Positions 26,136 through 40,671 of a stretch of DNA of 64,000 bases are shown here, one piece after another. Source of the stretch: Euprymna scolopes (Eukaryota); the NCBI GenBank assembly GCA_053919585.1, contig CM132792.1; one strand, given 5' to 3'. The notes beneath the pieces are model-generated. The model had not been told where the DNA came from. It ran no database searches and saw only the letters and a list, made by a program, of their open reading frames with translations. A program made the position numbers and the translations under genes. The first letter of the stretch is position 1, and the number at the start of each line of letters is the position of its first letter.

Positions 26136-26905
26136 ATGCTTATTATAAGAAGCTGTAATATACAAAAGTTAAGTATCATGGCATAATCGTGCTCTAAATG
26201 AAAAAAATTCTTTTCAAACGCGCTCTTGGTTAATCAAAAAATCTACTTGTTCGGTGAGAAAATTTTTTGAATGCATTTGTAATGTAAGGCTGAATAAGAT
26301 TGATAATTTTGGTAAAAAGCTGATTGCTTCTTCTTTAATCGTATTTTTTCGATTATACATTTTTTTATATTTATTACGGATATTCCGATACAAAATTTTT
26401 CTAAGAACAGTACCAGACACATGAAGTACATTTGTAAAATTTCGAAAAAATATACCGAACCGTTTCAATGGGAACACACTCACACAAACGGCCTTATATT
26501 TATATTTGTTCTCCCTTACTTGCGCTTTTTGCGTCGCTCCTATTTTTTGACGGGGCGTATTTGTATTCAGTTATCTTTACTATTTTTTTTATTAAGTATA
26601 TAAATATTTTATTAAATATTCAAATATTTTATGCATAGACGCGTTTTTCTGAATATGAATCGGCATCAGCATCGATAAAGCATTAACAAAGATCGAACTC
26701 ACAACTTCATCATCAGAAATCTAGCGTTTTACCAATGATCCACAAAGTCTTGCCGGATTTTGTGTACGCTTTCTTTTTATCTCTTTAAATATATAAGATC
26801 CGTTGTGAATTTTTATTAGCGATATATAAGTAGTTTTTGAACAGTTTCTTATTTTAATATTTAATTCTTGCTTTCTAAACGGTGAAAAAGTGAAAGAAGT
26901 AACAT

Positions 26906-26958
<53 letters not shown>

Positions 26959-27552
26959 AGTTATAAAATATATATGGCGATTAAGCTACACTGAATATTC
27001 CGCGTTTAATCCACTCTAGGACTCCCCAGGCTTATGCGCGAATTCTGTGGTTGTTTATCGTTTTTATATGCTCCTCTTCTATTGAGATTTTAGTTAGCCA
27101 ATCAGCTTTCTAGTATCCACCGCGCCCTTCCTATCAGCCAATGGGCATGCATTTTATCGGACAAAGGATCTGTTTTAAAACTAGGTTAGTGTTTTTTTAT
27201 TGTTCGTTTATATATACAAATATATATATGTGTACATATGTTATATATACAGTTCATTATTATTATTATTATTATGATTATTTTTTTCTTGTTGTTGTTA
27301 GGTCTTATTTATAGTGAGAGTCTTAGTAGAGAGATTGTTGTTGAGAATCTTATTAAGAGAGAGTCTTATTAGAAGTGATGTTGTTGTGTGTTCGTGTTAT
27401 GACGCGATTCATATATATAAATATGTTCATACTTAGAGGTGTAATAGAAGCTCTTAGAGTGAGGAAACAGTGTTCACTGTTCAGACAGTCTTAGTGTTCA
27501 CATTGTAGATATGAGATGTCGAGACGTGTATGTAAAGACATTTTAAAACACA

Positions 27553-28252
27553 TGATATACAAGACATATAATGACAATTTTCACTTTACCTTTTGGTAGA
27601 ATTACAATACAAAGACGACGTTTATAAAAACACATGATGGGTTTATTTCTTCTACGACCGGTCGTGGTTTTCTGAGTCAAGAATTCAAAGCTTCACATTC
27701 TAATTTTCAAAGGTGACCGTCTCGCTTCTAGATGTTCGAATCCTAACTCCAGACTATCGTCTGTCGTTCTCAGACTCCCTCTGACTCTCTCAGTTTCTCC
27801 TCGCTTAACTCTCAAATTTTCTAATTATATCGAGAACTTGCCATTTTCCATGACGTCATACACATGTTAAAACATGTGTCTTCTTTCACGTGTTCTGGAA
27901 ATGCGTGTCCCAAACTTTTTCCTTTGTTTACAAAAGGAATTTTAACCTATATTCCCAGTAACCTATTTTTCCAATATGTTAAAAACATGTTTATTAAATT
28001 ATCTTATAGTTGCATTCTTCAATTGAATTTTCATAACAGAATTGACAATGCACATTATTTTCTTGAAACTATTTTATCTCTAAGCTTAACAATGGTTTGT
28101 TTTCACATTCCATTTGCTAATTCTCTCTCGTAATCTATTTCTAAATCTAAATTACGAGGTTCGAATTTCGTCTATTCTATTTCATTTTCATTTTAACTAA
28201 ATCTCTCTATTTTTATACTTACATGAAAAGGGGTCAGCCCTTATCATGTAAC
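27553..28252 (-). mobile_element. Possible solo LTR inserted in the PLE remnant
   Basis: TG...CA-type ends (tgatatac ... atgtaaca). Composition differs from the flanks. No clear TSD. Confidence 0.3.
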
Positions 28253-28324
28253 ACATACATATATGCACACACACACACACACACATACACACACACATAT
28301 ATATATACATATATGTGTGATCGT

Positions 28325-28855
28325 TTATGTATATTCATGTTTATTTAATTTATTTATTTGTTTATTTTCTATTGTTTTTGTTAGTTTTAAAACTATTTCT
28401 AGAGTAATTTTTATCTTGTGAACATAGTTATTTGCTGTTTCTCTTCTACAGTTTAATAGATGTTGGGGTTCTTTAAAGTACAGGATAGCTAATTTTTCAT
28501 GGAGGCATAATCTACATGGGTCGTCTAGGTCCCTAAACGTGGTAGCTTGTCTTATTATTTTCCATTCGACTACCGGCGAATGTCCGCTTTCTTTGAGTTC
28601 CCAGTATTTATCCGCTAGTGTTGTTTTTATACGGTGTTTTTTTATTGTTGAATGTACTTTTGTGGTCATAGTATCGGGTTTTGAAATCTAAGGAATCATG
28701 CCTACGTAATATTTCTTGTTATTCGGGTTTTCTTTCGCAAATATTGTTGCCTGATAAACTACGCTTTTGGTTAGACATTTATTTTGAACTGGGCAAAGTG
28801 TGCGGTGTCTACAGTTGCATTTATCTTGTTCGTTATTAGTATTTTTATTTAATAG
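28325..28855 (-). pseudogene. Penelope-type GIY-YIG endonuclease domain (frameshifted)
   Basis: CNCR..LCPVQNKCLTKSVVYQA...YYVGM..FKTRYYDHKSTF..TTLADKYWELK..EWKII..CRLCLHEKLAI. Confidence 0.88.
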
Positions 28856-29490
28856 GGAGCTCAACCGCTCCCTTGGGCGGTCACCTCACACTTGGCAGAA
28901 TAAGTAGATAAAAACATTACACCTGCTGTTTTTTGTGCAGGCTCAAAATTAAACTTATGCTATATATGTGTTTAATACATATAGTGGCAAGAATAAAACA
29001 ATTTTTATTCGTCGCCCAACGTACTACTGTAATCCCCCCTTAAAGCTCCATCTACCATATCTATGCGTAGGCACTATTTCTAAAATAGATTTCTGTAATA
29101 CCCTAATTTAAAACACTGTCATCCTCGTTGTTTCAAACTGTATTCATGGTTTCCTTGCTTGAATAATTATTTATTCGAACGCATAATCTTAAAATCAACC
29201 AAGCCTTACATGGGAGTGAGGAAAGGAATTTTAAAATGTTTTTAAAACGTTTTTAATATACTTTCTAAATAAATCCATGAATTTTTATTCGTAAAATCAT
29301 TACGTGTTTACGACAATTCATGCGAGAAAAACATCAGATCGCTGCTCTACCAACTGGAAAAATTGAATAAAAAAACTTGCATTAAATATCAAAGAGTTTG
29401 TAAATATTATTAAAAGGAAATATTAATATTCACAAGTTTCAAACTAAGTGCACATGTTCTAATAGTCAACGTAATATATATATACATATT

Positions 29491-29527
<37 letters not shown>

Positions 29528-29654
29528 TTATACATACACACGCCTGCACACACAAACATATGTATATGCAATTAAAATAACCAGAAATTAGAGCGTCTGC
29601 TTGTTCCTTATAGACAATACGCACGCATATACATACATATGTAACGTCGTCTAT

Positions 29655-29711
<57 letters not shown>

Positions 29712-29917
29712 GATGAAACGCGGAATATTCAGTGTAGCTTAATCGCCATAAGCCTGAAGAGTCCCAGAGTGGATGAAACGCGGAATATTCAGTGTAGCTT
29801 AGTCGCCATATATATTTTATAACTTACTAACTAGTTCGTATTGAGTACTTTTGAAGTAAATACTTAAAGTTTACGCATAAATCTATACTTTCGTATATTA
29901 ATTTTATGTGAGTAAAT

Positions 29918-29963
<46 letters not shown>

Positions 29964-29969
29964 TATATC

Positions 29970-30372
29970 CTTAAGTGGGCTCCTCCACGGAGCCTAAGGC
30001 TTCATGAGTGAGGCTAAAGGGCCCCGGAAACCCTTTCTTAAGAAGGACCAAATGTTTTAGATGGAAAAATTAAATGACTGCAGACATTTAATTATTGAAC
30101 CGTTTTACTGAAAAAGATATAATACATAACTACAGGTGCAAAGAGTTTTCAGTTGAAATAGAAAATAAAAATAAATTTAACAAAAAACGGATTAATTTTT
30201 GACTAATCAAAAACAAAAAAAATGGTGGTAAACGTTATCATTAGTTAGTGTTAAAATTTGAAAGTAATGTTTTTCATATTTGTTTAAGAATTTATCTTGT
30301 TAGTGGTCCGTGAAAAACCTTTGCCCTGCTCAGGGACTCCGTGGGGTTCTAAAGTTTTGGAAACCTTGGTCT
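29970..30372 (+). mobile_element. Possible hAT-type MITE remnant
   Basis: End ggactccgtggggttctaaagttttggaaaccttggtcta resembles hAT/Charlie-like MITE termini. Confidence 0.35.
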
Positions 30373-30655
30373 ATATGAACAAACGCACTCTGTCTAAAGC
30401 CTATGTATATTCAAATGTTTTAATAAACCCCCGGATATTTAAAATACAAACTCGTCTAACAAGGAATAGCTGTAATGTCGTTGCCACATTTGTTCATGTT
30501 TGTCAAGAACTTTCTTCGTTTTTATGCGCGCTAATGTGTTGCATGTTTTTATTCATCGAAGTTATAAAAATACTTATTAAAAATTATTTATTTACTTGTG
30601 TCTTTTCAGGATTGAAAGGATTTTTGAATCGACTGTAATTTGGCACAATTTTTAA

Positions 30656-30806
30656 TAAATTCTTATACTCTGTGATATTTTTTTTATAAATTCTTATACT
30701 CTGTGATATTTTTTTTATAAATTCTTATACTCTGTGATATTTTTTTTATAAATTCTTATACACTGTGATATTTTTTTATAAATTCTTATACTCTGTGATA
30801 TTTTTA
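30656..30806. repeat. ~31-bp minisatellite (ATAAATTCTTATACTCTGTGATATTTTTTTT), ~5 copies
   Basis: Direct tandem copies are visible. Confidence 0.92.
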
Positions 30807-31194
30807 GATTGATTCGTTTTTTTAGATATGATTTTTATTAGCCTTGAGTTTGTCTTTTATTTTATTGTACGCTATTGTTTATTCTTGGTCTGATTGCTTT
30901 TGATTATTTATCAAAAGTTTTGTTTCAGCATTATTCTTAGATATTAATTAGATGTTTTTATGGATCCGTGGAGTAAATACCATTTAGTTTTATTTCTTAA
31001 TACTTTGTAATTGTTGATTGGCCATAATGTTTTTTTTTTGTTTTTAGTTATTCTGTATTAATTATGCATTTATCTGTGGTTGCGTTTATTTGTTTGTAGG
31101 GAATCTTCCCTTTCATGATTATATTCAAATATCAGATTCGATTATATACTTAGTAGAGTGTTCTACATTAGATATATTTTCAACGATTTTCTTG

Positions 31195-31253
<59 letters not shown>

Positions 31254-34200
31254 GAAAAATAAAATTGCGGCATTGACCCTGAAGCAGAGGTTTCTCTTTT
31301 TGGAATAATACGTCCCCTGTAACTTTGAGCTTGCTAGATATTTTGTGTTTAACAAAAAATAATAATAAATGTAACAGCAAGTAGAACTGTTCTGACAAAT
31401 GTTGTCACATACTAGGAAAGGTTAGAATCAATTAGAAGATAAACAGCAAACAAAGTATGAATAAAAACATAAAATATTAAGTAACACACAATCACATAAT
31501 CAGATAACGCCGATGACTCTCAAATTTGAATAAAATAACAGTTAATAAACATACCGGGAAACACAGACGGAAAATTTCACGAAACCAAGGGAATTGTAAC
31601 TAGCAGAATAGATAGGAACAATCACGCAATTACCTCCCCCTAAAGTGTAATCTGCATCGGATTATGTCACACAAATATCATGATAATGATTAGGTAAGAT
31701 GCAAAGGCCGAGCATAAGTAATCCTAATCCCTATTTTCTTTTGGAAGGGCACTGTAAGTATTAGAATTGCAGCCCAGATTACCCGGAAATCAACAACCGG
31801 TACCAGTAACATACTTATTGTAGAGCACCGTTACCCGAGCATTTGCAATTGTTACCGAAAGAAACCAGGAGTTCTGGAAATCTGAAGAGACTTATTACTA
31901 CTAGATTTCAACGGTTATTACTAGTAAGCGATTATCAATAATTACTTCTGTGATAACTCCTTGTGATTAAAATAATATTAATGCTCGACAAATGACCTAC
32001 TTACATCGAATAATAGGTACTGAAGAAAGAAAGAAATCAAGAAAAGAACATAGTCATAACATGGACTGACGACAAGAAAACACATGCCACAATTTCCATG
32101 AGGAATTGTATGTTTTAGAATGTAGGAACTACTTAGATAAAACTGCAGTCTTTACAGAAAAAGCAATAGAAAATAGAAACTGACAGCTAAGGGACAACAC
32201 CTGGCAGAGAAACAAATAGAAGCAGGCGTGTTGTTATAGCAACGGTACCACTCATCCAAATACTCGAGAGATACAATACAGGATACATATTTATTGAGAA
32301 AATAAATAAAAAACACGTGTATGAATAGTTTGAAGTTGCTGGCAAAAAACAAGAAAGTAAACACCACTATAATCTTTTGGAACGATATAGGAATTCGAAA
32401 TTAAACATGTGCATTTATTGAAATCATGCAAGGAAATCTCTAAACGACAAAAGAGACTGGGTGATAGGATCAATAATATTTTTCTCTAAGACTCTAGCTC
32501 AGCCTACAGCCACTAAAATCCCAAATTACCTCTTCTGAATATAGATACATTTTACTCAATTACATTAAACACTACGGTATAATACCACCATAAAAAAGCA
32601 TATACGTATTGACGTCATCTATATTAAATGTTTTAATACAGATGACTTCGATGCGTGTAACCTAATCTCAGCAAATAAAAGTATATATAGATCATTTTTG
32701 TTAGTGCTGCAATAATTTAGATTTTATCCATCTCAATCACTCAATTATTTTTACTTTCTTTGACCTCTATTCCATCTTTTCTAAAATGAGGACTTCCGTT
32801 ATATAACATTCCGATAGTTTTATGTTTAAGAATATTAAGTTAGAATTATTTGTGTCCAGGATTCCAATCGTTCAACAAGTGATGCAGTTATATAAGCAGC
32901 ACTAATGATTACAATGGTCACCAACAAATTTGTTATTTGCGTTTCTTCAGCTAATTCATGACGAATCTGATGTGTTAAATCCTATAATCACATTGGTTTT
33001 GCGCAATCAGGTCAAGTTTATGCGCTATGGTTAAATGTCGTTTTTTTTACATTTTTGTTCAGATGTACCCATATGTGAAGCATTTTAGAAGAGGTTGGTG
33101 GGGGTAAATTACTATGTCGAATAATTGATTGAAAATGATTATTTTAATGAGAAAAACGTATTCATCGATAGTTCTGGGCGATTTTGTCGAAAAGGGATCA
33201 GTTTGAAGTCATTAAACCTCGAAAGCTTCTAAAAATTTGTGCTCAGCATACACAGAAGGGCCTACCTGTGTGGAAGGAATTGGCGCCTTGCAAAGGAAGA
33301 CACTTTCTCGTGGATCATTCATCATTGTCCGGTAGAGGCTTCGCCGCTAAATCCTGTAAAAATCCCACTGTAGCAAATTTAAAATACCATATTTATCTAA
33401 CAATACCTCTGGATAACCCTTTCTTCGCTTCTAGTGTAAAGATTTCCTAATATGCCTCTTTCTAGACATTGCGTACATATTCTGTTACCTAAAACATGTC
33501 CTCCTCTTCTAATAAAAATGCATTAAGCTTCGAAATGCATGGAATAAAAAACTTTAATAATCGCTACACACTGTATTGTATTTCCTTGTTTAAAATAAAT
33601 CAATACATATTTATGAATCATTTAAAATTTTCGGTTATCAATGTATTTTCCTCTTAGACAGCAAACAATTGATAACATGATTTACAAAACCAGTCACAAT
33701 ATTAAAAAATGTTTGGTGATTAACACTAATAAAGTAATAACCGTTAGACATTATCAGTCGTTATTATAGATGATTGTTTTACAGTTGGTAAATATTTGCC
33801 ATAGAAATCTAAACACAAATGAATGATTAATCAAGCCATTAAATACTAAAACAATAGACGCGAACACATAAAGATACACAATCACCAGATAATGATTTGC
33901 GGAATTAGATAGAAAAGTAATCGCGCAAATGAAAAACAAAAAAAAATCATCGAACATTTATCCAACGTTTTGACGAAATTACCAAACGAATTATTCTAGA
34001 AAATTGAAAACAATATGAAAAAACAGCATAACATAACAAAAAGAAAAAAACAAACAAAACACAAAAAACAGCATAACATAACAAAAAGAAAAAAAACAAA
34101 CAAAAACATACAAAAAACAGCATAGCAAAACAAAACAAAAAATAAAAAAAAGCACAAAAAAATGATTTAATAACATTTGATTTAATGAAAACATATCGCC

Positions 34201-34508
34201 TAAATACATACTCTAACTTTCGAAGACTTACGCTGTTCCTAAATAAAACATAAAACATCAAGTAGATAGAACTAACAATCTAATGTCAACGAATAACATT
34301 ATACATAGAAAATTTTTTGTTAGACAATCATTTCTAATTTCTTTAATCTCTATTCTCTTTTTTCTCAAATGAGGATCTCCGTTATATAGCATTCCGATAG
34401 CGATATGTTTTAGAACGTTACATTGGAGTTATTTTGGTCAGTGTTTAAAATCGTTCAAATTAAATTGAATTTATATGAAACAATTGCATATATATATATA
34501 TATATATA

Positions 34509-34785
34509 CAGGGTGTCCAAAAAGTGACTGAAGAGTTTTGGACTTAAATAGATTCTTATATTTTGATGATATCTTTCTGTGATTTTAACATAATCTGACT
34601 AAGACAGTCCACTAGGAAATTTAAAAAGAAAAATATAAAATTCAGACAATCATTCTTTATGAAAATTAATGTTTTTTAAATGTTATCCAAAACATTATTC
34701 ATGACCGATCGCAGAATTTCTGAACTGCGATTTAACTCCCTATTTCGTTTCTGATGTTTTCCTTCAGTGGCATTTTGGATACTAT
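34509..34785. mobile_element. Tc1-type non-autonomous remnant
   Basis: TA-cagggtgtccaaaaag start and a degenerate ttttggatacta end. Confidence 0.45.
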
Positions 34786-35387
34786 ATATATTTAAGAATT
34801 GTATGGTTTATATTTAATTTTTTGCAATGAAATTGTAGAATCTTTAAAGAAAAATTTATTATTTGAAGCAAGGAATACACGAAATTTAATATTATTTCCT
34901 TTATCTATAGATTTTCAATACATTGTTTTCTCTTCAGAGGAAATGTCTTTAACAAAATAATGATTATGAATAAACATAATTGTGATTTTTAGCACATATA
35001 TTTAAAACTAGCAGAACCCGTTAACCGGTATTGCCCGGTGGAATTCTACCCCCCCCCCATCTCACTTGGCAAAAAAGTAAACTACGGTTGTTGTTGGTGA
35101 CCATTGCCGCCCCTGAACAATGCATGCCATCGGCGGCCGTGGCCGAAATAAAAAAATCTGGCTTTCACTGGCGATTAATGCTGGTTTGAGGCGATAATCT
35201 GCAGGTACTGTTTGAAAAACAAAACAAGGGAATGCGTAATTGAGTATGAATTAATAAAATTACAAAAAATGGGTCATGAACTGTTTAGAGTGATCGAAAT
35301 CAGTGGTAGCAGCTATGGCATTTTCTGTATATTGTTCAAGTCTTCCTCTTTTTCAACTCTTCCACTAATAGTATTAAATTAAATAAT

Positions 35388-35882
35388 ATGTCCAAGGATG
35401 GAATACTGTTGCCTTGACAGAGTACAAAATAGACTTCGTGGCTTAGTGGGGGATGCCCTTTTCTCTACCCTGCAACGTTGCGAGCCTATCCTTGTTTTAT
35501 CGTTATTTCCATGGCAGGTGCTCCTCTGAAATCCAATCTCTGGTCCCCCCTCGCCAATCTTTCACGAAAAACACCCGTCTAGCTGAATCCACTGTGAAAA
35601 ATTTCCCTCACTCTTTATCTGTGCCTAAATCAAAACGTGGATTCCATGAACAAAGCTTCTTTCTTGGAACTGCACGTCTGTGGAACTCTGTTCCGTCTGC
35701 CTGCTTCCCACCGGACTACAACTTGGATGTCTTCAAGTCAAACGTTAACAAATTGCTAATGAACCGCCCCCTTAAGTAAACACTTCATGAAATATCCACA
35801 CTAACGTACTGTACTTGCAATAACCATTATCCCTGAGTGGCTTCCGGGCCTTGATAAGTGGTAACCACCGTGTAAAAAAAAA
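35388..35882 (+). mobile_element. CR1-group LINE 3' fragment (same subfamily as 21145-22872) with two internal deletions
   Basis: Near-identical C-terminus (..LMNRPLK*) and 3' UTR ccctgagtggcttccgggccttgataagtgg plus A tail. Confidence 0.92.
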
Positions 35883-36356
35883 GGTATTTAAATTCTTCGT
35901 CCAGATATTCTGGACTGAAAATACTGAATATATGTAGAAAGAAGCCAATTATCATACATGTTTTTATTTTGCTATTTTGGTGTTAGTAAACATGTATGTA
36001 ATCATTTTTGTGTGTACTTTTTGCGGTGAACTTCAAAGGATAGTTTATTATTGGATTTTATAATTAGTATGTCTAGAATGATGGATTATTTTCTGTTTCA
36101 TAGTTGAACGTTATGAGTTTTATTTGTCTTTAATATTATCTATATGCATGCTTTCAGGAAGAAAAATTAAAATGTCGTTAATGCATCTAAAATACTTTTA
36201 GTTTGGAGATGATCTAAATTTGAGAGGATAAGAATCCAGGAATTCTAAGAAAAGGCTAATACTCTCATAAGATATGGTACCAAAATTTTGCTTGTGAAAA
36301 TTGTTATTGAATTTAAAATAAGTCATATCAGTTTTAAGTCTAATAATTTTTTCTAC

Positions 36357-36436
<80 letters not shown>

Positions 36437-36439
<3 letters not shown>

Positions 36440-36750
36440 CACCCGTCTAGCTAAATCCACTGTGAAAAATTTCCCCCACTCTATATCTGTGCCTAAATCA
36501 AAACGCAGATTCCATGAACAAAGCTTCTTTCTTTGAACTGCACGCCTGTGGAACTCTGTTCCGTCTGCCTGCTTCCCTCCGGACTACAACTTGGTTGTCT
36601 TCAAGTCCAATGTTAACAAATTCCTAATGAACCGCCCTCTTAAGTAAATATTTCAGCAAATCTCCTCACTAACGTAATGTACTTGCAATAACCCTTATCC
36701 CTGAGTGGCTTCCGGGCCTTGATAAGTGGTGATCACTGTGTAAAAAAAAA
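36437..36750 (+). mobile_element. CR1-group LINE 3' fragment inserted in (TA)n
   Basis: Same 3' end and A tail as the 35388 and 21145 copies. Confidence 0.92.
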
Positions 36751-36755
36751 ATATA

Positions 36756-36791
<36 letters not shown>

Positions 36792-38955
36792 TATATACAT
36801 ATGAAAGAGAGAGAACGATTGAAAAAATTGAGAGCGGAGGTAAGTACATGTAACATTATGTATGTCGTAAAAGTGTGTTTGTAAGTTATGCCAATAAAGT
36901 GAAATCAGAACACAAATTGCATTATCTCGAACGAATAAACAACACCGCACAATTTCCATTAATATCTAGAAAACGAACTTCATTTTAAAGATATTTTCCC
37001 GCTAAACGAGAGTGGTCACCTGTCATACATGTTTTACAGAGATTTAAGTGAATAAATTCATTAAAATGTAATTTCATTCTATTGTTCATAGTGTGTTTCT
37101 CTCTGTTGATTAAAATCGCAAATAGAAATTTGATTTCCACTCAGGATTCAAACTGCATTTGGATTATCAAATGTTAATCACTGTTAAAAATAGGTTATCG
37201 ACGCAAACATTATAAAACAACATTTATACTGTTAAAAGGCAACTATTGACATTCAAATTAGCTATCATTCTGGAACAAAGACCTCTACAGTCAAGATAAA
37301 GCAAAAACATAATATACTTGAAAGTAGATTATTATAGTTTGAACATTGTACGAAACTGCTTTCAGAAACACCAACACGTTAATCAATTCAAACCTTAATG
37401 AATACCAGAAGACTCTCGAAATAGTCTGAATAAATGATATAAAATGCGAAATCATTATGAGACTGCTATATGACCAAAATCATCACTAGGAAGACTCGGA
37501 AGTATGTGTTTCAACAGAATTGAAGAACTGTTGTCAACAGTATGATGTTAGATTAACGAGAAGATTCGTAAATAATTGTCTGATTGACTGAAAAAGGTTT
37601 ATTACCCATAGGATTGGTAATTTCCAAAATTAAGAAAAAAGAAAAAACTATTTAAATATTTGCTTACAAAAATACAACCTTGGTGAAGCGACGTCGAATT
37701 ATTACATATAACTCAAATATTTGGGTTTGTGCATAATATGTTTTACTCATTATTTGATTATGTATCCTCGAAGTTAGTCATCAGTGGTTTGTAGATGAAC
37801 TTTCTTAATATATAATACTATTGTCTATGGTTAATAGTCAATCTGCGTTGTAAGCTCTCTTATTTGGCTCTCCAAGGGCTTATCTTTTCGCGAGCCTGTT
37901 TCAATGTTAGTGGCGGGGTGTCTTTCAGACTGGGTTTATATTGAAGTGATTATCTTTCTCCTGTTTATTATTGCGATTAGCTCCTTACATCAAGTGGCTT
38001 TATTTCTCGTCTGGAAACTTACATGAAATATTTCCACGGGGCTGCGAACAATAAAATACGGCGCCAAACATTATAAACCTACAGGTTTTAACCTTGTGTC
38101 TATAATGAAGAAAAATTCACATAGAATAAACAAGATTTTGCCATTCGTGTTTTACTACTAAATTCTTTAGATGAGAGTTGAATTTGCACGCAAAACTTAT
38201 AATTCTTACTTTGTGAAAAACATGAATTTATTTGTGTAAAAACATGAACACACGTCCGATTAAACATTATGCATGACGAAACTTTTTTCAGTGAAATCAT
38301 GCTTAAATTTTAATCTTGATGTGGAAACACGGAAATGAAAAATGAAATGATAAATCAGATTGACAAGAAAGTTACTGCGGTTTTTAACTTTTAAAATCAG
38401 ATGAACATATCACTTTCTATTCTTATTTTTAGGCGCCATCTTTCAAGTTACTACGCTATTTTATCCCAATTCAATTGTCTCTAATTTTTAAAAACTCCCT
38501 TCGTAATCGCGTTTCATTTTATTATTTTTATTTATTTAATCTATCACGGTTATATTTGTAGACGCAATCTTTTTAATCTCGACGATATTTTTTTTAGCCC
38601 AATTAATTTTCTAGTCTCATTTTATCAATGTATTTTATTACTTTTTTTATTTGTAGACGCAATCTTTCAAATCACTACGCTAGTTTACTTCAATTTATTA
38701 TTTTCTCTAATCATAAAATGTATATATGTATATAGGCATCTAATTTACATAAGAAAACATGCTGCTCTCCCCCATCATTATATATAGCCCCAAATCATCC
38801 GACCCTCTCGTCAATGACCATCCCTCTTGAAAAAAACCCGCAGAAATCGGTTGAAACGTTGAGCGTTCAAGTCCTTCCACCTCCAATCTATTTTTCATAT
38901 CGTCGAAGTCGAATTTCTAACATTTGATTCATGCTACATGCTAGCTCTCTCTGTC

Positions 38956-39030
<75 letters not shown>

Positions 39031-40671
39031 TGTGATCCCCAAAAAGTAATTCAGCAGACTCTGTTCTCTAGTTCGGCTTGTCGAAGTGTATGATGATGAT
39101 CATCATCATGTCGATGATGATGATCATCATCATGTCGATGATGATGATCCGTATAAAGGTTTTTGGAGTGTAGCAAATGGTATAGGCAATAACGTTGGGC
39201 GCAGTTGCTGCTTCCTCGCTGACTGCAACCTGGTTGTTACAGTATTGAGATATTCTATTATCATCTTAAATAATGAAATTCTGTCCAGTTTCAACAATCG
39301 TTACCAATTTTCACGGTGTTGTTTTTTGTCCACTTGAAAAACCTATTAAACTTTACAATGAAGTGTATCCTTTGGTCTTTACGAACTGTGATCCATTACA
39401 TTAAAAAGAATTCGGTTAACCTCTTTCAATATGTTATGGCTTCCTAAGAAAAACGTCAATATATGACGTTTAGACAGAGAGACAGAGAGAAAGGAAGAGA
39501 AAGAGAGTGGGAGAGAGAGGGGGAAGAGAGAGAGAGGGGGAAGAGAGAGATTTTATTTGATAATACCCCAATCAGGAGCTATCTGTAACAAACCACAGGT
39601 GCAAAAATAATTATCACCAAATGCTGCACGTAATGTGAAAACCACAAATCCGTTCTCTTCCGTTTTCCGGTTGTTACTTTTAGATTCAACCCTCATTAAA
39701 ACGGCCTTAAAACACAGCTCGCATTTGAACAAGAAAGATTCACGCACTCATCGACAGTCGAAATGGATTAAATAACTTTTCATTTAACATGTACCCGGAC
39801 ATTCCTAACTTTCATTTCTTACTAACTCTTTATTATTGATTGTCCTTAGAACCTGTAAATAATAATTGATTTGTATTTGTATGGATAGATGTTGCTATTA
39901 TTTTGATATTATTTTATCCTTAACTTATGTTTCTTTAAAATGGACAAATTCGATTAATAAGCACCAAATAGGTGAAATTCAGTATTAATTAATAATTTAA
40001 TTAGCTTTGATATATATTTATGTTTATATATTTGTGTTTATAACTTGATAAAACTGTGCGTCAGAATTTGATTACAGAGATTGCTGGAGCCGTTTCCTTA
40101 TTAAGTTTGACTGATAATCGAATTTGAAAAGAGTAAACCTGAAAACCTTGTTGCACAAGTTGATTTGTTTCTTGTAGTTTTGTTATTTGTCTGGTTTTGG
40201 TTTAACCAAAATTATCTTATCACATGAATAGAATTAGTTTCGAAAAGGTTGTTAGCAAATTGAATACGTCGCAGAAAAAGTGTCTTGCATGCATTTTGTT
40301 TTTGCATTGCAGCATTGAAGTAAATTTATTTCAGATTAATATTTCAAAGTTACACATACTTTATTATGTTATAAATCAAAGCTTACAATGTCAATATTTG
40401 ATAAATAACAATCTGAACATTTTTTTATTCTATCGTGCAAGATTATGACTCTCTGTTTATTTCAAGCATTGCAGACATTTCCTTTGTATTTTGTTCGAAT
40501 AACCTTAGTTATATACTTCAATTCCATCAAATTCCACCATCAATGGATTTGATAAGAAATTTCAAATGGTTTATGAAATCTAATCATATTTAGCTCAAAT
40601 AAACGTCACTTATCAATCATGTTATAATCATGAATGTGCAACGAATATTTCAATTATATCTATCTGTCTAA

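Larger units (their letters stand above)
26955..29829 (-). mobile_element. Penelope-like element remnant: GIY-YIG endonuclease between inverted HHR-bearing pLTR-like ends
   Basis: 26955-27035 and 29748-29829 are inverted copies. The latter contains CTGAAGA-GTCC..GGAT-GAAACGCG plus a partial tandem copy at 29711-29750. Endonuclease at 28325-28855. Confidence 0.75.

Noticed and set aside
39086-39337. DDDHHH-repeat 'metal-binding' ORF
   Set aside because: A (GAT/CAT)n microsatellite within a decayed Tc1-like remnant; non-ATG start.
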